Source: Haliotis cracherodii (Eukaryota). From it: a stretch of 64,000 nucleotides of DNA. The stretch is taken from contig NW_027266341.1 of the NCBI RefSeq assembly GCF_022045235.1, positions 9,982,001 to 10,046,000 on the forward strand. Direction: 5' to 3'. The notes under the pieces were generated by a model that worked only from the letters and a program-made list of their open reading frames with translations, was not told where the DNA came from and did not search any database. A program made the position numbers and the translations under genes. Below are positions 11,870 through 24,900 of this stretch, piece by piece. The number at the start of each line of letters is the position of its first letter. The stretch's first letter is position 1.

Positions 11870-12540
11870 CCTTTACCTGATGGTACCATGGGTGCTTTTA
11901 TTATCTCACAATAGCCACATGTAGAAAGTGGAATGATTCTTATTCACCCAGGTTTCATCAAGGTAAATGATTCTGAATGCCCCGACTGTGATAATTATGA
12001 ATGGGGCTGAGATAATGCGACCTATTGGTCAACATGGATTATTTTACCCTGAAAACTTCTCTGTCCTCGACACATGCTGTGTATCGAAATCCCATCTCGT
12101 GAAGAGCAATAATCAATTTAGTCCAGAAAACATTAATTGTCTTTAATTTTCTGTTGAATTTTACTACAAGTCGGGGTACCTTCTGCTTATAAGGCTTGTA
12201 CACTGTACACCTAATCACCCGGGTATCAGAGCTGTCTAACATCCCTTTATGTCCCAGTTTTGTTTTTGAGACGACCCCTACCTTCTTTGTTTAATTTATC
12301 ACACCACTGACTGAGTTTGGGCAGTTTGGTACTACACCCTATCTCAACTAATAAACGGTTTCCCTCGATCTCTCTCAAGTGAAAAGAACCTGTATACATT
12401 TCCTATTACAGACTCCATGCCGTGTACCATGGCTATAACTATACAAGTGTAATGCAACACGCTTCATGGGTGCAGTGTCATTTTTTATTAATAATGTGCA
12501 CTTTTAGAACTTTTTCCAGATGACTTGGTTTTTTTTTAAT

Positions 12541-12713
12541 AGTGAGTGAGTATGGTTTTACGCTGCTTTTAGCCACATTCCAACAATATCAGGGGGGGGG
12601 GGGGGGGGGGCGCACCAGAAATGGGCTTCACACATTGTACCCATGTCGGGACTCGAACCCAGATCTTCGGCGTGACGAGCGAACGCTTTAACCACTAGGC
12701 TACCCGACCAGCC
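12541..12713 (-). mobile_element. SINE family B (tRNA-Asp-like head, about 165 bp)
   Basis: TAGCCTAGTGG A box, CGCTCGTCACGCCGAAGA..GGTTCGA B box, (CACT)n tail. Further copies at about 7916-8062, 14846-15014, 34840-34997 and 53471-53625. Confidence 0.85.
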
Positions 12714-13243
12714 CTTTTAGTGAATAAGATGTTTTATGAAGCCTACATTATTGTTATTATTATTACAGAGTCACATGTGCATATTTCTTTAGTCCGTGTC
12801 AGACTTCCCTCATTGGACTTAGTTTATTTCTGAACGTGCTGCTTTCATTCGAATTTCTCTCCTCTAAAATTGTCGATAGGACACCTTGTGACTGAAATAC
12901 TTCAAACCAAGGTTTGTTGATCATTGATACTCGATATTACAATAGTACCACTCTGTGAAAAATTCTATCTTTTAACAGGCAAAAAGCAGTTTACTGGTAT
13001 TTCTGACAGTTCTTAAATATATACTTCAAACATTCGGCTTCAGTTTGGCAGATCTTGTTCAACAAACATTTTCAGTTCTTTTTTTGTTGTTCTAGTTTAT
13101 TAAAACAAGGTTTTCTTCATTGACGCTTTCTGGATACAAGTAACACAGAAATGGTTATGGGACAGAAAACACAAGACAGTCATGGTAATTTCTGCATCAA
13201 AGAGAAACTTTTCTAGCTCTTATCCCTTAACATGATACATGTA

Positions 13244-13592
13244 TACCGTATTCGACGTGATAAGAGCCCCGCTCTAATAGGCGCCCACGGTGATATTTGC
13301 TAATATATTGGCTAGTGAACAATCCCAATTAGCACCCCCTCCGATTGATCAATGTACACAAGACTTATTTATTTGCGTATAATACGCACTCGTGTGTTAT
13401 ATGCACCCTAAATTATGGGCAATTAAATTCTGGATAAATATATCTGTCATATATAAACATTTCAGGCTGTCAGTATAAACCATGAAATTTATCCTTTAAC
13501 TTTGTTTTTTTTCACCAAAATAATATTCTAATAAGAGCCCCCTATTTCTAATTTTGAGAGCGCCCTGGGTGCTTATTACGTCGAATACGGTA
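13244..13592. mobile_element. MITE (pogo/Tigger-like)
   Basis: Terminal inverted repeats TACCGTATTCGACGT(G/A)ATAAG with TA ends; no coding capacity. Confidence 0.8.
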
Positions 13593-15135
13593 TGTGGGAG
13601 TCGATGGATCTTTCTGGCCCCAACAGAATCACATCAATGCCATGGTTGAGAATCAGTTCTCTGAATATCTCTACCACAAACTTGGTATATGCTGGATGGT
13701 CACAGGACGGCGAGTGGGTGAGTGGGTGAGTATCCAGGAATTAATCTTGGATCCAAACTAAGTGCCCTTGGCAGGCAAATTGGAAAAAATTGTTATTTGT
13801 GTTCAAAATTGGGATTCTTTTAAAGGTTTTACTTCCTTATTTACAAGTGATTATTACAGATGCATTAGCAATTGTGCAAGTGAGTATGTAACCATATTGA
13901 ACGCTTCTATTTAACATATGGTAAGCACAATTTTAGGGGGCTGAACATATAAGTTTGTAGGTAGTAGAATATAATACATATTCCATAAACCTAGCTTTTA
14001 CAGTCCTGCCTCATTGTCCTTTCAGCTAATAACCTACAACCAAACACAAGACTCTTTAGACCAAAGCCTAGAAGAGTCTGGGGATGATACAATAACAGCG
14101 TAGGGTTTATATCCCCACCCTCACACATATCCTCGTGATGCTACAACTCAGACATGTTCAAAAATGACTTAACACAACCTTGTTTACAAATAAATATATT
14201 GCATGATAATATACATAATAAACGCAAACAAAACAATGAACATTTTCAGTTGAATATATCAATCAGTATAGACAACATGTGGTCCATTTCTGCATTGAAA
14301 TCACACAGAACAAACTCTGGCTCACCAAATAAACACATCCAAAAGATCAAATGTTTCACATCACTCTATCAGCCTACATCAAAACACAAAAAACTACCAT
14401 ATTTATCCGTACTCCTAATGTTCTCCTACCATTGCAGAGTGTGACAGAGGTGTACATCCATCAGTGAGTAACTATCAGGTGTGTTTGTCCGATCTGACTT
14501 TGAGAGGGGGCCAATTCAACAGCTGGCCCTGTTCCCATTTCAAGCAAAACTGATACAAAAATGGCAGTGACCTGATAGGCTTAAATTGAAATATACATGC
14601 ATTGTTTGAAAATAATATGAACGTCACAGGATCCTTGTCTTAACCTTAATACTACCATCTAAAGATTGAGGAGTTCTTTGATTCAAGTCCTTTTGGAGCA
14701 GGTTTCAAGGTCCCCAAGTCATATCACCACAACTGCTTTGTGAAATGGTACTCAGATATTTTCAACAACAGCAGGCCCGACTGGTGAGTAAATTGTCATG
14801 TTTTGACCCTAACCCTGATAAAGAAAGTATTTTTGCTGTTTAAAGAGTGAGTGAGTGAGTGAGTATGGGTTTATGCCGCTTTTAGCAATATTCCAGCAAT
14901 ATCACGGCGGAGGACACCAGAAATGGGCCTCACACATTGTACCCATGTGGGGAATCAAGCCCAGGTATTCGGCAATACGAGCCAACACTTTAACCAATAG
15001 GCTACCCTACCCCCTTAAAGAAGTATAGAAATATATGTCCTTTGTCTATAGAATTCCAAACAAACAAGTGGTAATAGGTCACATGTTTGTAACTACCAGC
15101 ATTGGTGGAACAGATTGGGTTAGTTGTGTCCCTGA

Positions 15136-15553
15136 TAGGGCTGGGACGGGTAACTCGGGTACTCGGGTCGGGTGGTTCCTGAGTAGGACCCGGGTACCCA
15201 CAGTACTACCGGAACCGTGGTCAGTCACGTGATATATTGTTTAATAGCAAAAGTATCTAGAACTTCCACGTTTGCACTATAAGTGACTAATGTTTGCATT
15301 TCTTTCTGACTGTGCACGCATTCCTTCTGACTTTATAAGTTTGAATAGAGATAAAACTTCAGTCAACTACAGTGTATGCATGACCAGATGGTTTTATTTG
15401 AGTATCTAAATACAATTTGCCAGGGCTACGGTCAAAATATCCCCAACCTGACATTTGTACCTATCTCTTGAAACCAACAGCGGGTACCCGGTTAGGGTCG
15501 GGTAATAGTGGGGTGGGTACCCGGGTAGTAAATTTGGACTTGTCCCAGCCCTA
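15136..15553 (+). mobile_element. hAT-type MITE, full length
   Basis: TIR TAGGGCTGGGAC...GTCCCAGCCCTA, 8-bp TSD GTCCCTGA (15128-15135 and 15554-15561), subterminal CGGGTA repeats. Confidence 0.92.
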
Positions 15554-15988
15554 GTCCCTGAGATCATTCATCAGCTTCATGTTAGCTAGGGGCGTCATGA
15601 CATGCCTACCTCTTGATAAATTTCCACAGTTTTTGCATAAACATTCCCCATGTTCAATAAAGCCAGGCTGACATTAGGTGGTTCCTGTCAACCAGTTTGT
15701 GTACTTAACTTCCACAATAGGTTTATTTGGGCTGGTTCTCACAGAATATTCAATCAAATTTAGTGCTGTTTCCTGACAGTGGTCATTGTAAATCTTGTCA
15801 ATATTTCTTTTTAAATCAATCTGAATCTGAATTACATCATGGTAGGCACATCATGTATTGAATCGTAAGGCGTATCATCATCGGTGAATTATGACACGCC
15901 CAGTTGAAACAGAGTCTGTCTTCCCACCGCCAACATCCCTAACTTGAAGCTGTATACTGTGTGTCACAAAGGTCATGGGTCGGTGCAT

Positions 15989-18900
15989 CTACATGCCGTT
16001 GTACGCAGGCCCCTCCCCTCCCTGAGGACACACCCAGTTGATGTTCTGGGAGGGGTCCTTGATATCACAAGTCTTGCAGTGGATGCAGTTCTGAGCATTG
16101 ATCTGGAGCCTTTTGCCGGTGCCATCTTCTGTCTCCACATACTCGTACACCCCTGGAGATAAGAGACTAAGTTTTAACTCATGTTTCTGACTATAGTTAC
16201 ACAAACTCACTCGAGTCAAAGGGTTCATTGTTACAGGGTATTGGAGAAATGTACCTGGGGTACTTTTCTATTCAGGAAACTGCCTACCCTTTGGTACAAC
16301 AATCTTGTTTGGGGGGTCCATCTTCAGACCAATCAAGCACAATCCATAAATTCTTTAGACAATGAAAAGACTTCTTTGTTAAGATGTTCTATAAATATCC
16401 CACTATAGTAATTATTTTATATCTTCAATAGGTTGCATAAATGATCTGCTACCATGGCAACAGAGCTGACATGTACCTCATGGTGAAAGTGGTCATCAAC
16501 AAGGAAATGTCATTAGACCCTCCTGAAATTTACTTGTCTCCGACTAGCAAACTTAAATTAATTTTGAATCCTGATAATATTATATATAATACACAAAAAG
16601 GCAAAGTCCCCCATATACCCTATAATCCTTGCAAATGTATCTAAGTGATTCGGCAGGGAATAATCAGAAACAGGGGCCATAACTCTGCAAAACATAACTT
16701 GTTTTATGATATTTTTTAACAGATTTAACTAATCTACCCCTTAACAATATATTCAAAATGTTATCCTTGTAGCCATAGCAGTTTCCCAGAAAAATGTGTC
16801 CCATTTAAAGGTACAGTGTCCAATGTCCAAATAATAAGCATACATACAGCATATCTAGAGCAAATGGACAGGACACCAAAACAGTATGCTATACAAGTCA
16901 GTTTGTTATAAGGGTGTTTGTTATAATCATAATTTACTGTATACGTAAAAAAACAATGTGTACACTTTGCAGATTTACACACTGTGCACACAGGAATTTA
17001 CGTTTATATCTCCACATATCGCATTATATATTGAACAAAGTCTAAAATTTGCCCAACTTGCTAGCAGTGGAACCTGAGAACATGACCACGGTAACTAAAG
17101 CCTTTGAATATAGATCTCAGTGAGGGAGCAAACATAGATGTTACCTGCAGGACAGAATCTCTGCTCCGGGCCATCAAAGAGGGCAAGATTTCGGTTGACT
17201 GGGACCGAGTCGTCCCTGAGTGTGAGGTGGGCAGGCTGGTCATGGTCATGGTTTGTGCCGGTCAAGGCCACTGAGGTCAACAGGTCAAAGCTAACTTCTC
17301 CATCAGGTCTGGGGTAGTCGATGGGCGTTGATTCAGCAGCAGGCTTCAGCTGATCGTGGTCCCCTCCTGTGGTGGAAATTACAAGATCATTTCATCTGAT
17401 TACTCAAAGTAATTGAGTATACTGCCTGGCCAGTCATCTTCTTGTACGAACCCATACAAGTCGGATGGTCTGCACTAGGGCTGGGACAAGTCCAAATTTA
17501 CTACCCAGGTACCCACCCCTCTATTACCCTACCCTATCCGGGTACCCACTGTAGGTCTCAAGAGGTAGGTACAAACTGTCTAATTGGAATAAGTTCGACC
17601 GTAGCTCTGGTAAAATGTGTTTAGATACATGTATGAAACGATCTGGTGTATACCCTGAAGTTGACCAAAGTTATATTTTTATTCAAACATATAAAAGTCA
17701 GAAGGAATGGGCGTAGTAGTCAGGAAGAACTGCGGACAATAGTGACTTGTAATTTAAACATAGAGGTTTAGATACTTATTGGCATTAAACAGTATATCAC
17801 ATAACTAACCACAGACCCTGGTAGTCCTGTGAGTACCCGGGTCCTACTTAGTACCCACCCGACCCGAGTACCCGAGTACCCGAGTTACCCGTCCTAGCCC
17901 TAGTCTGCACGGACATCATACCGTCCAAAACATGTGACATCATCTGCTTGTCACATAATTGACCCTGTTGACATTTAGAGTTACCATGTAAAACCCACTG
18001 ATGGTAGTAAGGTAGATCTGATATTGTCTCACAAACATGTTCCGCCACAAATAAGTTTCTGTACTGAACTGGTAATGATGAATCTGTTCCATGTGCCCCT
18101 AGCGGGTGTGCAGTATCTCATGAGCTGAACGTTCATGGACAGGCCTCCACCTTCTGTCTAGTGGCGTAAATGGCCATTCAGCTCGTACCATCTGACAATC
18201 AGTTGGTGACAGATGTTTTGTTTGTTGTCTAACGCCACACAGTAATATTCCAGCTATAATACGGCAGTCTGTAAATAATCAAATCTGGACCAGACAATCC
18301 AGTGATTGACATCAAGAGCATGGATCCATGCAATTGGGATACAATGACATGCATCAACCAAGTCAGCAGGTCTGACTGCCTGATCCCGTTAATCCCCTCT
18401 TACAACAAGCACAGCCGCCTCTTACGGCAAGCAGGGGTTGCTGAATACCTATTCTAACCCGGATCTTCACAGGTCTGGTGACAGATGTAACCCATAGTAT
18501 TCAGAAATACTTAAATAGGGTATTAAATACATCATAGAAATATTTAGAACCATGTCCAAGTTGGGGACGCCAAGCAGTGTGTGGGTGTGGTGAACACACT
18601 CCCTGAAATTCAAGGTGAACTAAACACATGATAAGTTGACATGTAAGTTGTCTTACAAAAGGGTGTGATCATCCCCTACACAAACCCACCCTTTGCGACC
18701 CTACCTTTGTGTGACAGCGTCCAGGGCTCCTTGCCCCTCAGCATCCAGTGGAAGAGGCCGGTATACAGGATTCCTCCATATAGCCCTAGGGATGTGTTGA
18801 ATGACGGACGGACGTTACGGACAGCCTTCAGCTCCTTCCAGACCCAGCTGTCCCGGATACGTTCCTCATAACACTTTGGATCTAGACCTGTCACCAACGC

Positions 18901-21900
18901 GAACCCAAGACATGTGAGATGTAGATTGACAATGGTAGTGTCACAGCAACACTTCAGTAGGTAGGGCTAAAAGCTCTCCAGTTACATCATGGTGTATATG
19001 TTTCTGGTGGGTATAACATCTGCTGGTCAGAGGGACTGGCAGCACAAAGAAATTGTGCTAGTCTGATTTTATTTGTTTGTTTGTTGTTTAACGCCACACT
19101 CAATAATATTCCAGCCGACAGTGGTTTGTAAATAATCAAGACCAGACAATCCAGTGATTGACATCATGAACATCATTCCACTCAAATGGAATACCATGAC
19201 ATCCAACCATGTCAGCAAGCCTGACCACCCGACCTCGTTAGTCACCTCTTACAACAAGCATAGCTGCCTTCTACTAACAATAATCATATCCTTATAATAA
19301 AAGGCGTATTGTTTCCCCAAAAAGTATTTTGAGAGTGTTGTTTGTTTAACATTGATACATTATGGACCATGCATTTGGCCTCTGAGAAGTACTGAGGTAA
19401 CATTGTTTCACACACAGTCGACTAGCCCAGCTGCTTGTGAACCATGCAGTTGTCAACAGTGTACATTGCTGTATTACGATTTCAATGGGAACATTTCTGC
19501 AGTACCCTATACAACAGTGACTTCGTCAGCATTACTGGGCACCTAGCCTCTCTGTCCCACACAGCTCCATGTCCACGAGATACCTACCTACAGTGGGAGA
19601 GTTGAGATTCTCATCAAACATGGTGTCGAACACCGACTCAGCTGCCACCATGCCACTCTTCATGGCGTTGTGAGTTCCCTTGATCTTCGGGACGTTCATG
19701 AAACCAGGGCTGCAGCCCATCATACAGCCCCCGGGGAATGTGAGCTTAGGCACACTCTGTAACAACAACACTGTGTGTCATAGGCTGTATCTCTAATATC
19801 GATCCCTTAAAGAAAGCATATCTAGACTAAAATTACTCTAAATAATTTATCAAAATCTTTCACTCCGATATGATACCACTGTGTTATGATCTGACAAGGC
19901 CTCCATAGGATGGCATTTTAGCCAATCAGTGTCAAGGTTAAAAAATTCTCAGTACAAATGAGCAAATATCAGCACATCTAATATTTTTCATATTTGTATC
20001 TTGAAAATAAACATAAACAGGCAGTTCCAAATGAAAACATTAAAGGCCAGGCTAACCATGTGTGTTTCAGCAGCCTGGACTCATCTGTGAGTATTACAAG
20101 TATACACAGGTGTTTTTAGTGAGTGATTTACCATTTTAAAGTAACCTTAACTGACTGACTGACTGAGTTGGGTTTAATGCCGCTTTTAACAGTATTCCTG
20201 TTATATCACGGCATGTCAGCTTGATGTGACGTGATGCAGGTCTCCGAGACGTTTACCACTTCAGTGAAACCCACGAGCATGGGTATGGTGCTTACAAACC
20301 TAGAAACATAACCGGGGCACCCGGGATTCAAACCCACAATCATAGGTTTCTGGCGTGCCCAAGGGACGCAACTCTGAATAGCGAATTGCGGCGCCTTAGA
20401 TGGCTGGGCCACCCGTGCCCCGTAAAGTAACCTTAACAGTATAACAGCCAGTTTGGAACTAGATAAAGTAATACATCTGTGTAATATAAAACCTGACAAA
20501 ATACAGCATTAAAATAGGTAGCAACTATCACACATTTGCATTCTAGACTTGTCTGAACATTAATAAATATTTATTGTTGAGTGCAGGATTAAATACACCT
20601 TTGATTTTCCAGTGTATTACATCATCAGTTTAACAATGTCCCCCTTCGCCACCAAATTTCATTTCAGAAGTGGTGTCTCCATCTTTCTTATCACCAACTT
20701 AGTATAGCATCAAAGAAACAGTGATCTAAGTAGTTGATCCCGAACCTGCAGTCCTCCTTCATTGAGAGCCCTGGCGCCATAGCAGATCCTCTTGCCTCCC
20801 CGGAACAAGGGCTCCATACTTGGGTGGTGTTTGAACCTCTGGAACTCCCGGAACGGGCTCAGGTATGGGTTTTCATAGTCCAGGCCGATCTGCAGGGTTT
20901 GAAATTAACATAAGTTCATTAGTACAAGACTAACATTCACAAAGGAAAAGTGACATTTTCTTGTGGACTACCACTTTTACCATGCAATTTAGATCATTTT
21001 TGCAGACTGATGAAAAACAACAGTGAATTTCTCACCCTGATCAATACAACAAATGTAACTCCAGGGGAGGCGATAAATCAACTGTGCAATCCGATACGTA
21101 TACCGATACCTTGCTCACGATCCGATATGTACCCCAATACTTGCATGTGTTTTTATCTGCGGTGCGTAAGCTTTTTTTTCATACACAGGATGGCCAAATA
21201 CCTGCCACACTGACGATTTACAGTTGGCTGGACTTTTAAGCCAGACCATCTTGCCATTGTCCTCCATAGTGCAAGTCGACAAACTAAATTGTCATGATTG
21301 GATACTGTCCAGCTGCTTAGAACTAGAAGGGAGGTAACTCTATATCAACTGCATTGATACTATTCAGTTACCCAGGTATGTAGCTGAGTGAGTGTGCCAG
21401 TGTAAATTATGGCACAATGGATGAAAATATTTACGTTTTCACTTCTAACTAGTGTTTGTTTGGCATTACAGTTACAAAAGCAAAGATTTAAGGCAAGAAT
21501 AAATATATTTTTTACTTATTGTATCACTGTGATCAATACTTGTGGAATGTCCTAACACAATGTAACTCCCTGCTTGAGTTTTGTGTTCTACAAAACATGA
21601 ATCTGTATTGGTCTGGTCTTGCATGAAATTACTATGTGATCAAAGTTATTTTAACAAATTTGTACTGTTTTCTGAATCTACAGATCTGCAGGCTATACTG
21701 ACTGAAGTGAGCAGAACTGATAACTTTACCTGAAATTTGAATTTCCGTTTAATTAATCCATAATCATAGAATGATGTTTATTGTATATACTTTTCTTGCA
21801 TAACATACTGCACATTGATCTTAGTAGCGAAGTCCTAACTGGAAATGAATGACAATCTATCAGCGTCTTCAGCAACTCTTTTCCACACCATGATCTCCAT

Positions 21901-24900
21901 GACCCTCGTGATATCTGGTGTCGCCCCCTATATGTTATTATTGTTTTCGAACATCCCTCGGGGCTGATGGTACATTGGGTAGGAAGACATCAGTCACACA
22001 GGGTAATGCAGGATAGGTATATAAAATAGACATAATACTCTGATTATGGAATACTTTTAACTTATCCTGCATTACATATTGCACTTTATCCGACGGTAGG
22101 TGGTGATACCTTCAGTCCGGTGCTAGGATAGCTGTCACACGTCGTGGCATCTCGTAGAGTGTCCCTGTAGGTTGGGCTGGTCTGAGATGGTTAGTCTCCG
22201 CTACTCACTCAACAGTGGACAGCTGCAACAGCAGCACATGAGAACAACAAGACATAACTTTTGGTACAGATGACCACTGTGTTGCCTGTGGCAATCAGCA
22301 GCTTGGCATTGGTCAGTTGATGAGACCAAAGCTGTACTGCCAGGATGAAGGTTTCCAGTTCCAAGTTGTTGATGTGCCACTGTTTTTGTCCTGGAGACCA
22401 CATCCCTGAGGCTGTCTGGTCCAAGAAGTGGGCAACCCTTCCATGGAGTGAGGCATTGAGGAACAGTTTATCGGATGCTTTGACCTCCATCAAGGACACG
22501 CTGTCTAAGGCATTCGATGGGATTAACCACCAGTCAAGGATTTGGCAAAGGCGGTCTGGCAACATGATCAAAGTCCAGTCTTGCTGCCTCTGTAGATGAG
22601 GCACCAGAAACAGTTGAAATGGCCTGATGTTGAGCCTCCCCCTGCCTGTGAGGTTCTGTGCCCTTGAGAGGTGGCCAAGTGGCACTTGCCACTGATGAAC
22701 GGTTTGAGGGCCATCAATCTGGTGGGAGGCGCATGAGGCCACTGGTGGTATCGAAGTAGCCTCATATGAATGTCAGGCTCTGGGTCGAAGTTAGTTCCGA
22801 CTTTGCTGAGTTGAGTTACCCACCCTGTGGGTGGAACAGGTGCATCATAAAATCCCGTCCAGAAATGAGTTGTTGTCTCTCAAGGTAGTTCATGAAGCAG
22901 ATGGTTATGTACGACATGAAGCCAATCCCCCTCAGGTGTAGGTAGGAGACGATCAGCTTCATTATGTGTACAACCGTGGGGCATGGAATGACAAATGGAA
23001 GAACAGCTCACTGGTAGTGGTGGTTGTTGAAAACAAATCTCAGGTACTACCAGGTGTAGGGACATGGAGGTAGGCGGATGTCTAGGGAGATGACACAGTC
23101 GCCTGGAGTGATGGACAGACATAGCTGCAGAGCATGATCAGCCTGAACCATGGTGGAGACTACATAGCACTGATTGAACACACTCATGTTGTGAATCATG
23201 CACACTTTCTCTGAATCTTTCTTTGAGGCAAGGAGCTGGTTGTGATCTCAACTGAACTGCTCGTCATTCATTTCCAGTTAGGACTTTGGTAGTAACAGGA
23301 ATGTGCAATATGTAATGCAGGATAAGTTAAAAATGTACACATTGGTATTAAAAATGAAGGGGTCCTGTGGCCCTGTGGCCCTTGAGGTCCTCTCCTGTGG
23401 AATTCACGGGACCCCTCAATGTTTAGGTTTTAACATCAGGGTAATGACAAGGACATCATGACTTTCATGCTTCATTTCAAACACTGGCTACAATATATCT
23501 TATTTGGCTCTTGTCTGGGTGAAGTTTCAAAACAACACTACATGTTTTCCAATTCTGCATTCAACACATTCAGAGAATAACCAACGAGCGACAAGGAATA
23601 ACAGATCCCCTGTCCCAAGTAAAGGCATGGGGTAAGAATTTGGTGTGGCACTTTCAGCATGCCATGATTCATTCATGAGGGACACATATCCCCGTTATTC
23701 TATATATTTCTCTCTGACGGTAAACATAATATTAATGAAATGTCAACACCATGGAGGAACTGCACTGAAGCCAGCCTTTTGTCCAGATGATGTTATGTTA
23801 AGCACGTGAAGGCTATAGCACATGTTACACACGTTGCACGCAAAACAATGTTTGTGCATTCAGGGTTCAAAATTAACATAACTCCACGAGTCGCAAACAA
23901 GTAATACTCAGGAAGGACAATGGACATATACTTGTGGACTTCCACTTTCACCATTAATCAAATGGCAACACATTTCTTCAGACTAGTGTGAATGATCAGA
24001 CCACTTGCTGGCCTGCCTCTCTGGAACACGACCTTGGCTTATTGACTGGTTAAATATAACTGCAATAGGTGAAGGAGCGTAGTGTACACAGGACAGGTTG
24101 GGTGTTGTGTTGTGTTGTGTTGTGTAACTGCTTGTACTAGTCGGACTGAAGCTGATTTATAGTGCTAGCTCACTGAGATACCATGCCACAGTGTAACATG
24201 AATACCCCACTCAGACACAGTATACTGACTCCGAGCCGACCAGTCCTTGAAGGAGCGTAGTGTACACAGGACTTGGAAATGTTGACAATCTTCCTGCCTG
24301 TACAGGTCAGGTGTGTTGTATTGTGTTGTGTTGTGTAGCTGCTTGTACTAGTCGAAGGAGCCGATTGACTGAAGCCGATATATAGTGCTAGCCCACTGAG
24401 ATACCATGCCGCAGTGTAACATGAATACCCCACTCAGACACAGTATACTGACTCCAAGCTGACCAGTCCTTGTTTTAGCCCCTTAATGCGAGCACCAGAC
24501 AGGGCACCAACAAGCACCATCTTTAACGTCTTTTGGTATGATGCGGTCGGGGATTGGAACCCCAGACCTTCCTCTCTCCAGCTGAGAATCTACCAGTAGA
24601 CCACGGAGGCGGTCACCTGTACAGGTAGTATGTTATGTTTGTTATCAACTATGCATCAGCAGAAACTTACCACCATGCCCACAACAACCTGCGGTGCTCC
24701 CTCCCCCAGATGGTACAGGAACGTCCCTCCGTAGGTGTGTCTGTCCTGAACAAAGGCACATTAGCTTATTGAATAATTGTAGATAAACACAAGCCGCTAC
24801 AGGCAAAGTACAATAAAACTTGAAAGCATCTTGACCACTTTAGCATGTCTAGTCCTGCGTTAAGCTATATTAAGCAGTCTGTAACTTTAGCTACGGGTAC

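Larger units (their letters stand above)
10480..12400 (-). mobile_element. Decayed IS630/Tc1/mariner-type transposase (long DD-E spacer, Sailor/DD82E-like), interrupted by two SINE insertions
   Basis: Fragments LHEMGFRY, IIYLDETWVNKNH, KKTGDYHKEMNCEVFIDWLERQLLPN..VIVMVNANY and KYRTDVLAAQHGH, with stops and frameshifts. Ends are approximate. Confidence 0.7.
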
